Shown here: positions 49,701-61,894 of the stretch, piece after piece
Position numbering within the stretch: position 1 is the stretch's first letter
How the letters are laid out: each line of letters starts with the position of its first letter
Assembly (NCBI GenBank): GCA_036172245.1
Contig: JAYWIR010000002.1
Coordinates: forward strand, 1,364,001-1,428,000
Origin: Raillietiella orientalis
Lineage: Eukaryota
DNA: 64,000 nt
Direction of reading: 5' to 3'
The notes under the pieces: generated by a model
Database searches by the model: none
Told to the model about the DNA's origin: nothing
What the model saw: the letters and a program-made list of their open reading frames with translations, nothing else
Translations under genes and position numbers: made by a program

Positions 49701-52700
49701 TGTTAAATGTATGCTTGTTTACGACAACCAACTTTTGAAGATGATTCTTCAGCGTATTCTCAGTTACGTTTTGTTTTTCGCAAGCAAACTAAATATAGCA
49801 AAAGCATCATAAATTTGTTTCTAGGAAAAATTTATGAATGTGAAAGTTGTGAACTGAAAAGAAGTTGTCAGGACATGTGTTGGTTAATTAACTTCATTTA
49901 GAAAACATTTTCCATATTTCTGGACAGATAATCATATACCATAGCAAAATGCTATTTTATACTTTATTCAATAATTTGGAAGTGCTTCAAATAACATTCG
50001 TTGGAAATAGAAAACATAATTGAATATATTTGTATTTGGATGAATGAATGTTCAAAAACAAAACATGATTTTTGAAATGCTGGTGATAGTAGGCCTATTA
50101 CGGTGATCTTGGAGCGAGTTAGCATAGATTTTTTATAAGAAAAAAATGAACTTGATAATGCATCGAACAATAATTCCTTTGTTGGTAGAAATGGATGGAT
50201 ATTTAATCAGTTTTTCTGACATATATATGCAGAAACGTGAACAGTAGGAAAAGCATAATTTCAAAATTGATGTATTTCATATTTTGCTTTATGATTGATT
50301 GCTGTGATTCAAGCATCACCAAAGCATTAGAAAAAAATTTTCATTTTGCAATGGTAGACATAAATTAAACTCCTAGGTGGTTATCCTCAGTAAATGCAAA
50401 GCAGTGCAAGAATGATATGCCCTTGCACTACTTTGCATCAAAAATCAAGATCGACATAAACATGATCGTGGAAGGTTGTCTAGTTTACATAGGTCTATGA
50501 GATTTACCTTGAATAACTGATGTAATAAAAGAGCTGCCATAGTGAAGTTTTTGTGAATACTGAAGGTTGTGTTTTTAGTTGTGTATGTTTATGTGTGCAT
50601 GATGTATATTGCTTATTTGTGCAACAGTATTTCATACAAGTATGTTTTCTGTGTAATTCTTTGTTTTAATTATATCTATTTATTGAAGGTATAGTTCGTG
50701 ATGCTGTTAATTTTAAAGGAATAGCAAATGCTAGAGTGATGGTGGAAGGTGTACCACGTGGTACAACAACCACAGTTTATGGGGAATACTGGCATTTATT
50801 ACTCCCAGGCACATATAATTTATTAGTATCCGCATCTGGGTAATAATGCTCTTTTATTGATTATCAGACATTTCATAGTCTCTGTACCTCAGTTATCAAC
50901 CAACTCGTATTCCCAATGTCAAAGTGGGATCCACTATGTACACACCAAAGGATATCTATCTCATGTTACACAATAATAAGGACGGAACTTCCGATTTGTT
51001 GCCTAAAAAGGATTGTGATGAATGGCACTATCACAATTATAGTACAATGGAAAACTTGATGAAAACTGTGCACCATACGTGCCCTGATATTACTAGGTTA
51101 TATAGTATCGGAAAAAGTGTACATGGACTTGATTTATTAGTTCTGGAAATATCAGATAATCCCGGAATTCATGAACCAGGTTTTATCAGTTTTAGTGCAC
51201 TGTAGATTTATTAGATTTCTTTGCATTAGGTGAACCTGAAGTGAAATTGGTATCTAACATGTATGGTGATGAAGCAGTGGGACGAGAATTGTTACTCAGA
51301 TTAATGCAATGGCTTTGCACAGAGTATCGTATCAATTTGGAGGTGATGCAAATGGTGCATTCTGTTAGATTGCATCTTCTACCATCACTGAATCCAGATG
51401 GATTCCAAAGTTCTAAAGAAGGTTGTTAAATTATTTGTATTCGAGAGACATTTATTCACCTAGATAATCCAAAAACAGTCTTGCAAAATGGAGGTGCACA
51501 TGGTGTTGATCTGGATAGAAATTTTCCAGATCGTTCAAGTCTATTTCAAAAAGTAAGTTTATTGAAAAGTCTGAAGTGAATCCCATTCAACAGCAAAAAT
51601 AGAATTCAGTGCCAGAAACAATGGCAATTATGAATTGGACATCACAAATTCCTTTTGTTTTATCAGCCAATCTCCGTGAGGGTGCACTACTAGTTAGCCA
51701 TCCTTTTGATACTGGACCTTTAGATTCACAGCGTGAAGATGCCAATGTTTCTCTGGATACCAGCATTCTATTCTTCTTAGCTCAAGTTTATGCCAAGGTA
51801 AATAAATGTGAATTTCTTTGCTCTTGTAAAGAATACCTCAGAATCATCCCGACATGAAGAAGGCATTGGCAGGGTTGAAAATTCCCGAGTGTCCAGATAC
51901 TGGTTTCCAGGGAGATTTTGTAAATGGGCAGGCACAGTACAAAACACCTGGAAGCATGCAAGATTGGCATTATTGGTATACCAGTTGTTTTGAATTGACA
52001 ATATACCTCAGTTGCCAGAAGAATCCACCTTTCTCCCAACTACCAGAACTTATGCAAAAGAATTATGTACCTTTGCTTTTATACATCCAATCAGTGAAGC
52101 AAAGTCTCAATGGATTTGTAATGGATGAAAGTGGTCATCCTGTTGTGGGAGCATCTATTTCTGTCCATGGTTTGCAAAAAGTAGTGCAGTCTTGGCGTGA
52201 TGGAGACTACTGGTGTTTGTTGGTGCCAGGAAGTTATAAAGTGGAGGTGTCTGCTGAGAATTATATACCAACTCTTCAAAGTATTCATGTTGAAGAAGGA
52301 GGCGTTCAGATAAATTTCACAATGTTTCGAGATTTTTCTTATATCAAATCTCAGTTCAAATTTGCAAGTGAGAAAACAGTATACTTGGATCATTTGAAAA
52401 TTGTTCAAAAACTCACTCATTTGAGTAATACTTATCCTCTTTTTACACATCTCATGAGTCAAAGAATAGAAGGAGAAAGCGATATGATTATCTTACGGAT
52501 ATGCTTGGTATTTGGAGCTATTTTCATTAAAAATTGTGATGCAAATATACTTTCTCAGAATGATGCTGTCAGTGAGACTTCAAAAATTAAGGTCGCCATT
52601 TACGGTGAAAGTCAAATTCTTAGTGGTGAATTGGTGTGGAGGTTTGCTGATCACACCTGTCAAGCATTAGCAAGAAAAGATTGGTCTCTGCTACAGTTAT

Positions 52701-55700
52701 TTGAGCATATGATTGTGTATTTCATTATTACTGCAAGCAATCATAGGGGGGAGTGGCAAACCCCTTGCTCAACTGGCAGCCCAATGTTGGACCCCTTGTT
52801 GGAAAAGCCATCTAGTAAATTGAATGTCTTACACAAAGTGCTTATGAAAAATGATGTTCGATTTTTATTAACATATCAGGCAGGAGGATTATTTATTAGG
52901 TGAATTTGGCAGATTCTTTAACTTTTGGTTATTCGTATTCAGAACTCCATGGGATAATCCAGATGAACGTCAAAGTGATATTGCAGATTATTATTTTTTC
53001 AATCACATTGCTCGAAGTTATCTTCAAGCTCAGCCCAAAATGGGCAAGGAAAACTTGTCTGTTTGTCAAGAGATACCATCTGGGTAAGGTGCATAACTTA
53101 TATTCCCAGTTCCAAGTGCATAAAATTTTTTCTAGTTCCTCCTTTGGAATTGTACGAAACTATTGGCAAAAAGAAAAAAAGAACACATTCATGGATTTCA
53201 TATATCAAAATAATAGAATTTTAATGGTGAGGAATCTTTTTGTTTGCTGCCAACGTATTTTTTGGTGAACTGAACTTTTCTGCTGAATTTATTAAAATTA
53301 TAAAGTTTCTTGGATGATGAGTGGAATTCAATTTCTGCACAGAATCTCAGTGCAGTGTACAATTATATTTTAAAGATAGCTGGAACAAAGAAGTAGTTAT
53401 GTAGCATTGATTAAAATCATTAATACAACCTTAATAGGAGTAAGCATAGGTTTTGCTTTAGGGTTGAAAAAAATCCAAGTTAGTCAAGGTTTTTTCTTGT
53501 GTGTTTGTGCAAACTGTGCACATTTATTGTGAAGTACTATTTGTGATGTTATTTCTATGCTGTGAATTAACAGTCCAGTCAATGATTTCTCTGCTTTGGT
53601 ACTTCAAGTATTTTATAGTCATTATCAGTTGATAAAGTTTGCCAAATCAAAATGCAAAATAAGTATGACCTTAATGGTATTTTATTTCGTTTCATTTTTC
53701 TCATAGGTAGAATTTGAAGGTTTGATGCATTTTGATTTCAGATTTTCTAATTGAAATGTAAAGTCTTGATTGAATAAAGCAGTATGTAACAGTTGATACT
53801 AATTTTTGATGATGCAGTTGATATGCTCGCAATCTACTCAATGGTTTATGTTTGGAAGCTGTAAGAAAATGTATTTGTTGTTTCGTTAGATGAGAACACA
53901 GGTTTAAAATTTCACTCAATTTTTATAATATTTTGGTTTCAACAACTATGAAAAATTTGGCTGTATGAATATTTCATAGAAATTTCATAGAAACAAAAAG
54001 CAATAACCTGAGTAGAGACGAGAAAGAATTTGTCAACATATTAACTTGCTGCAGCAGGGAATTGATATCATACCTGCCCTTGTGTATTAATCAAAATGCA
54101 TTCTTAGTATCAATGTAGCTGCAGAAGCCATTAGCGAATTTTGTGTACGCAGTTGCGGAATTGATTCTAGTAAAACAAGGAATAATGATGCTTATAACTA
54201 CCAATAGAACTTCATGTATTAATATTTGTGCAATTTTAAGAACTTTGTTCTTTTACTATTAATTTACTGTTTAATTTTAGTACTTTTACGATTTAATTTT
54301 TCCCATTCACATAGTTGACATTATTCAAATTGATTAATGAATGGGCAGGTACATAAGATGCTAGTAATCTTACCCATTATTCTCTCATTGGTAACTTAAT
54401 TCATACTTTAAATTGTATTAATTTATTTTGCATGTTGTAGAGTACAACTTTCACATGCACATAAACAAGAATCAGTTTCATCTTGTCTGCATTATTGCAC
54501 AGTATTATACATTTGTCTATTTGTCATATATATGTACTGTATTCTAGTTAGTATTATTTAGCTCTGGTGGGAAATTCAGGTTCTTATTTGTATATTCTTT
54601 CCAGTTGCCTGTTCATGTTGCCTGTTGTGAACCCTATACTGGAAATTTATCACATCTTTGGAGTCAAAATCTAGATGCTTCATTAGCTTTTCTGAAAGCA
54701 GTGCAAAAAGGTATCTCAAGGAGTTGTTTATGAACTATTGGATATGTGTATGCTAGGAGTCCTTGGGTATGTGATTGATTCACATGGCCTACCACTGTCA
54801 AATGCCACAGTTCGAATAATTACTAACAATAGCATTATCAAAATCAATGTTACCAGTGATGGACAGTTTTTATATTTTTTGCAAGAAAATTCCTCTGTTC
54901 ATTTAAACATAATGCTGGAAGGTTATGAAATGCAAGACCAGCAACTTGCTTCCAATGATTCAGGATGGAAGTTCTTGAAAATCGTGTTGAAAAAAGTAGT
55001 TTCAAGAAACCCAGTCTATTCTAACTATCAACAAGTTATTGCTCTTCTCTCCTCTTTGTCTGAGAAGTATCCAGAGCTAACTAATTTGTACAGGTGGAGG
55101 TGGTGTATGGTCGTCTAAGTAATTTTTAATGCCTGTTTTCAGTATCGGAAACACTCAGATGGGGAAAGAGATTTGGGTTTTGACAGTTGGTGCCTTCATT
55201 GGTAGTAGCATTAATTTGCAGCTGGATATGCAGCTTGTGTCTGGAATTGGTATGTGTGACTCAATTGGAACAGGAACTCTTCTGGATTTAGCCCAGTATC
55301 TTCTTGAAGAATACCAGCGGAATGTCTCAGTGGCATATGTAAGAATAGTCCCATGAGTATTGGATGTATCTTTACTTTGCTAGCTTCTCAACCATTCACG
55401 TATCCATATCCTTCCTATTCTTAGCCCAGATAATAATTTAAATGACTTCTGTAAACTTAAGTGTGAAAATGATGCAAGCTTATCTATTACCGATGAAAGT
55501 AAGTGTATACAAGATTTAAACCATTCACTTGAATTGTTGTAGAGCAGGTATGGTCTTCTTGGCTAACATGGCAACAGACTGCACCCTATGTATTATCAGT
55601 GTTTTTGAAAAGGGGGCAAGTCACTGCCCAAGATTTTGTAAATAGTACTGAATCAAAATGTGGCCCTTCAGATAATTTTACCAGCCATGGTTTGGCTGTT

Positions 55701-57019
55701 TTATATAGCACATTTCTAAAACGGAGCTCGATGACCTCCAATTATTGCACTTGGGAACCACAGCACAGCTCTGGGATGGTAGTAGATCAAGGATTTACAA
55801 TACAAGATGATGTACTGCTTCATTATGGATATTGCCATCGTCTTCATAAGTTAGTGGTTCAATATGACTGCTGTTCAGAATCAGCCAAGGCAATAGAAAG
55901 ACTTAGACAAGCAAATCAGCAATCCTTGTTGAAAATTTTATTGCATATGAAAAAGATAGTTCAAGGTAAATCAGTGCTTTTTCATGTTGCCTGAGCTCCA
56001 TGTAGGTAGAATATTGAACTCGTCGGGAAAGGCAGTAGCAAACGCCAAGATATTGCATTTGGGTTCAAAGCAATTATGGCTAAGCCAACCTGGTGGTTTG
56101 TTTTGGCTTTTTCTCCCAGAAGGACAGCACTCTCTACACATATCTGCTGCTGGTTATGAAAGCCAAATGCATACTATTCATATATTCAGCAATGAGACAA
56201 ATCCACTGGTGGTGACAATGTTGCCAGCTCCAAAATCTTTAGATATGTTCTGGTTGTTTATGCTAGTCGGAACTGGTAAGTACCACAAGTTTAGATGACG
56301 TTTCGAGGTAGCATTTAAGATGTTAATAGCAAGTAATTATTAAAACTCTTTCATTATTGTACGTTGAAAAATATTCAGCATTTAAGTAACCATTGCAAAG
56401 ACCCAATTTCCTCTGATTGTGGAAACTGATAAGTTTAATATGATGCAATAAGAAGATGCGAGCACTGAACAGGTGCCCTCGAAGTTTTGGAAATAATTAG
56501 TAACTTTGAAATTATTTTTATTATTAAATTTTTTTTTTTCTTTCTCTTCAACTGTCAGTTTTAAGAACCACCGAATCCGGAACATTTAAATAAATTTAGG
56601 TAATGTAATGCAATGACTAAAAGATTACTGGATGAAGTAAAAGGTCTAAGCAAAAAACTCATGGTTTGCCTTTCTTTTTAGTGTTTTTCATCACCGGATC
56701 TCTGTGTGTGCTCCTGCTTTATCGGCGATACTGCAGAAGAAGCAAGGAAATTCGTTTTTCAAGGCTCGGCTCCAATATAAGGTTTAAACGTGGATCCGCA
56801 GCCTCAGATAGTGATTCCGAAGACGACTTATTTCTGAAACCACGGTTACACATTCCGATTAAAGGTAGGAAACTGTACTTCTGGATTTTTCCCTTTTACA
56901 TGTACGGTGTAAGCAATAAGAATGTGGCACGCCTCGGCAGCAGAATGCATTTTGTCATCACTTTACAATTGGTTTCTTTTGGGAAATCTTTCTGTGTCGA
57001 GTCGATTGCTACTACCTGA
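43773..57019 (+). CDS. CPD: Carboxypeptidase D (M14B, silver-like): signal peptide, four CP+transthyretin-like repeats, TM helix, acidic cytosolic tail; ~20 exons; 3' end uncertain (possible donor at ~56864)
   Basis: [14 protein letters not shown] signal peptide. Domain I has [56 protein letters not shown]. Further repeats start at ~51020, ~52370 and ~55010. [26 protein letters not shown], tail [10 protein letters not shown]. Confidence 0.93.
44245..44281. repeat. Perfect 17-bp inverted repeat with 3-nt spacer in CPD intron 1
   Basis: ATAAACCGAAGTATGAA-TAT-TTCATACTTCGGTTTAT. Confidence 0.9.
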
Positions 57020-57049
57020 AACTTTGTTTGAGGAAATGGGAAGGCATGT

Positions 57050-57600
57050 AGATCGTGATCTAGATCTGATTGATGATCACGCCTTCTGAAGAACCTTGGC
57101 GTGGTGATGTGGTTGCAGGTCGGCAGTCTAATAACGTTTTCGGTACTGGGTAGTGGGGTAATTTTGAATTCCCGGGACAGGAGCAAGAAAAAAACTTTCT
57201 TGTGTATAAGCGATAAAGATCCCCAGATAGCAATATTTGGGGGAGGGGGGGGGGACTAGTCATGATCTCGTCTGGGAAGGCTTGCTGCCCCCCAAAGGCG
57301 AATTTATTCAACCAGCGTATTAATGACAGTGCATGATTGCTCTTTTGAGAAATAACGAATGTTTCCGAGCGCATTTTCTTAATAGACGCTTGAAGGAAAT
57401 CACCAAAAGCACTCTGTGGTCTTCAGCTAGGTTGGGCAGAGAATCGCCTTCGTGGGAGTGGGTTTTAGGGAACAAACTGTTGGATGGCATTGCCAAAAGA
57501 CGTGGGCATGTAAAGAGTAGCCAGTCTTCTCAAAAAAGGGCATGGTAAAACCGGATTCGGGCTTGAAAATTTTAGTTTAAAGGAGTGTACTCTTCGATGT
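57050..57600 (-). mobile_element. Possible PIF1/Helitron helicase remnant
   Basis: Minus strand KFAFGGQQAFPDEIMTSPPPLP resembles PFGG..V...GD..QLPP. The match is weak. Confidence 0.3.
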
Positions 57601-59149
57601 AAAAGTTGTTGGTGGCCAGTGTACTTCGATCCGCATGAACTAGTTCATATTGCACAGAAATCGCCAATGAATGAAATCATATGTTGGAAGGTTTCGATTC
57701 CTTATGAATAGAACCAAATCATGTGAAACTGGCAGCAGACATGACTGGATGGCCGTCTGATTACTGTCTCTAATGGCCACGAGACGCTATGCAATCATTA
57801 CTCCCAGGAATTCATCTTTTGTCGTAGGCTCATTACTTTTGAGGCCTTCTGAATGAAGAACCTTGGTAAAGGACCTAAGCCCGCCATTGTACAATTGCCG
57901 GCTCAAAATACGGCCACTAGCTTTAATGCTATTGCCTTTATCATCATCATCAGCTAAGAGTTACTCTCACGAGAACTGTTACAGAGTGAAATGTTAAATG
58001 GTTGGGTGACTCATAAGAGCACAGCAGTTCCTTTTGTGCTCGAGACGTGATGAAATCAGGCGTTTGAGAGAGAGGCGGTGGCTGCCTGTTGCTTCAGGTT
58101 TAGCAAAATCCGCTTCCCAATTTTCTTTTCCGCATCCGTCTTTTGCACTTAACACGTTTCAACTGCTGCGCAGTGTTCCTTCAGCTGGGAACTGTATGTT
58201 TCTGTGTCTCACACTTTTGGATTTTTTTTCTTCTTCTTCTTCTTTTGAAATGCTGAGAACGTAAAATGAAAAAAATGTGGGTGCTCCCTATTTCCTTTTA
58301 TTGAAATGAGATCGATTGAGGATTTCTTCGGTATGATTTTACTATAAATTATTATGACATTGACTGTGTACATCACGTTTACACCATGAATAATACTTGT
58401 GATGTGCTATGAAATTCCATTAGTGTACTGAATAGTACCTATTAATTCACGCTGCGGCGTGCAAGATGCATTATCGGATTTTTGTTTTTGTTTTAATTTG
58501 TTTTTCTTCTGTTTTAGCTGATTTTGTTCAGCTTTCATATGATACTACATCTTCTGATGATGAAATGCATTAGACGTTAATTAAGCCTTCGTATACAACG
58601 TGCCTTGTTATGACTACTATAGTATTTATTCATCGAAATAAATGTTATTTATGAAATACCTTTTTGATTTCTTTTGTTATTCCTTCATTGACCCTCGATG
58701 AAATTCTTGTCGATGTTTTTTTCGTTGTAAGGTCAGCTAGGACAGCACCATCCGTATATGTTGCATGACGCTAAAAAGAAAAGGATCAAAAAACTCGTTT
58801 GTAGTCATTGAGAGCAATGGCAGGAATGTTTTCAAAAGCACCACAAAACACCCGGCTCTCATGAACGTGGACCCAAATTTCGAAAGTTCCAAAAATTCCA
58901 TAAACGCAACCGGCAACCGTGAACCGCGCGATTCCCTGAGCTTCTCCAGCCTGCGATGTGTGGTCGAGCGTTCCGGAAGAACTCTCTTTCTTCAGGCGTT
59001 GTCTTTCGGTGGTGCCGTCAAGCTCGAAGAGATACCTCATTTACGATTCGTCTCTTTGATCCCCCTATTCTCCTTCCCGCAACCTTACCTCCCCCCCCCC
59101 CCCCAGTCTTTCCAAGAACATTAATTACACTATCCACCAACAATTGATT

Positions 59150-61860
59150 CATAATCTGAATTGGCTTAGAAATCAATGCAATTTCTATATGCTCCATCAT
59201 CTCAACTCCATCCATTCTATTTTCAACACATTCTACAGGAAATGCGACGGGAAGTAAAAGAGGGGCGAGCGCTGGAATGGAAGAGCAACGCGAAGAGTTG
59301 GCTGTGCTTTTCCCCTTACGTGACGCAATCCACATCTACTAGTTGAGCGCAAAGTTCCCGTTAATGGAGGCGCCCCTCCCCCTCAAGGCGTTCTCTTCCA
59401 TGTCACAAGTTCCAGCAGTTTACGTGGTTCCAGCAGGTTGGCGGTCGTCCGCCGAAGCTTATCTGTCTGTCGATTCCACCGACGCCCTTTTTCGTTGCGG
59501 TTTCGGTGTGGAACCACTGGGAAAGTTGTGGAACGAGGTAAGCTCCCACACTTTCGTGTCTGAATTAGTCTTCGGTCACATTGGAGCGAGTAGCCGAAGC
59601 ACTTAGCAGCGACCAAAAGGTACAGTTCAAGTAAGTAAGTAACGCAAAGCATTGGCTGAAAAAGGTGAAAGTAAAATGTGTCTTCTTACTATCGACTTTT
59701 CGTTTTCATTCGTACCGATCAGCCATTCATGTGTTGCAAGAACAAGGCGCTGGAAGGTCTTCTAAATAATAAATGGTAATGATGGTGATGATCCCTGTTT
59801 TGTCCCCTCATTGGCCAAGGAAGGAAAAGTTCTTCCGCCGCGTCCTCTACCTGTCACCTCAGGCAAAAGCGCCTGTGTTCGTTCCGAATGGCAAAATTGC
59901 CTCCGTTGCCAGTGTTGTGAGAAGAGGTCCTCAGCACCGAATGTCCGTGCGAGGACTCTGACCTTCCGTTGAGATTCCAGCTTCCTGAGCGGTACGCGTT
60001 GCAGGTGCATCCCGATAAATTCGGTTCACCGGAACCTCGGTGGACAACCACGAATCCGGAATGCAACTTGCTGGAACCTGGACACCACATCGCAAAGCAG
60101 CATCGTGATTCCCAAACCCTTTTTTTCTGGCGTTCAGCTTTCCCAGAATTGTCGAGCAAGTGCAATCTGCCAAGGGTGGAAGATAAAACGAAAATGGCGC
60201 CTGGACTTGCCCGAAGAAGCCGGGCATGGTGGCCACTTCCGGGTTCCGCTGCTGACTGCTGCATGCGTGTTCGTGTTTCAGGTCGTGCACAAGCTCGGCA
60301 GGAGTCGTTATGTCACGGTATAAAAGGAAGAAAAAAAAAAAAAAAAGAGTTTCACTTGGACCAGATGGCTAGTGATCCCTAATAGCCTCCTCGCTCCGAT
60401 GGGAATGACTGAGAGCTTGAACTACACCGCTTGTTAACCAAAAACAAAAAACAAAACGCCATTTGATTGATCTTATGAAACAGATCTTTTCCCTGTACCT
60501 TTCCAGGTTCAACTTGATGATTACCATCATTATTTTGTTAATAATATATGCATTTGTTTTCGCTAACAACTAACTCACAAGAGCACTCGGTAAGCATCCT
60601 GCAGAACAGGCTCAGAAGCAACGATCGTGCAGCATCTGTAAAAGCTTCCACGTCCAAACATGGAGTGTTGGAAGGTGCACTGCTCCTTCGGTGCACATGT
60701 GCCATTCGTGAGTCCCCTTTACTTCACGGAGCGCCCCTCTATCTAATCGGAGATCTCAGCCGATCTCCGTTCCCAGCGCCGGGTTTTCGTTTCAGGCATA
60801 CGTAATAAACGTGTAGATGCTGTGTGCATGTGTAATGGACACATCAATCGTACACTCCTATCTCAATTTCGTAATTGATTTTTCCTCCCCCTACGCTCCG
60901 TGGGAAGTTGGCCGAACTGCGCGGCGCGGATTGCGTCGCCTTGCAGTGTGCGTTCACGCAAATGGGTGGTGCGCTCCGGCGGATCACCTGCGCACGCGCG
61001 AAGCCGTGCCGGGGCTTCCACCGAACGCATTCGGTTCCTTTGGCATCCGAACTCGCGTTCAGGTCTTCCTTTTCGCCGTGGTTAGAATCCCCCCCATCCC
61101 CTCCTACACTCGGTCGTAGCGGGTGATCTTCCGATGGAACTGCTACGTATCTACGGCGTTCTAAAACAACCCGTAGGTATCCATCTAACTTGGATGACGT
61201 TGGTTTTGCTGTTTCTTTGGACGCGCAAAGCTGGCCGCAGCTGGAAATTCTTCCTGCAGCCTATGGAGGAGGAAGGGGAAGGAGGGGGAATGGTAAAAGA
61301 AAAGCTCTGCACCAAGGAGAAACTGTCCCCGACGGAGAACGATTTTAAAAGAGAGATGGTTCTCTCCAGCTTCTGTGTCAATCGGGCTTGCATGCATCGC
61401 CGGGTCTACGTTCATTGCTCGAGAGCGGCGAAAGCGCGCCGCGCAGGTGCGAGGAGCCGGCAAACGGTCCCAAGAGCACACATCCAGGCTCTGCGTGTCC
61501 TGAAAGGTGTGGGGCCACTCCAGGTGGGCTCGCGCTTCGCGGGAGATGCGGGCGCAGACTTGCGTTTCAGTTTCGCGCGAACCTGCGCCAGAGGGAAACA
61601 CACAAAGAGGAATGCCCTAGAAGGAAAGGGAAGCCGTGCTTCCCGAGGAAGAAGGCCGGAGATTGCTGACACTCGGGCGCAGGCCGCCGACGTCCGTCGA
61701 AAATCAACGGGAAGCCTCGAAGGCTCGCGGGCGTGCGCTCGCGCTGCTGGTGCCGGTGCGAGCGAGCCCACCGCGAACTGCTGACTCCACCGTTGGATCT
61801 CATCCGGAGCAGTCCTTTGAGTCTTCATCCCTCATGGCAGAAATGATCATCCAGTCCTTC
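59150..61860 (+). pseudogene. Second decayed CAR-like (A-[T]-R) gene copy, truncated at its 3' end by LINE copy E
   Basis: A-domain remnants MVATSG/SAADCCMRVRVS (TSGSTG.PKGV-like, ~60230), SPLLHGAPL (~60720), QMGGALRRITCARAKP (LGG.LR.I.TGGAP-like, ~60965), IYG (~61150). There is a 17-nt exact match TGTCCCCGACGGAGAAC to 344-360 at 61324-61340, and AAACGGTC..AGGCT(T)CTG is shared with ~666-694. SSLMAEMII resembles SKW.AE. Confidence 0.5.
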
Positions 61861-61862
61861 GG

Positions 61863-61894
61863 AGTTGCCACCCGGTCACGCCGGGGCGTCTATT
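61863..61894 (-). repeat. Conserved LINE 3'-terminal motif, copy E
   Basis: Minus strand AATAGACGCCCCGGCGTGACCGGGTGGCAACT; 20 nt are identical to copy C (22064-22083 vs 61870-61889). Confidence 0.8.
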
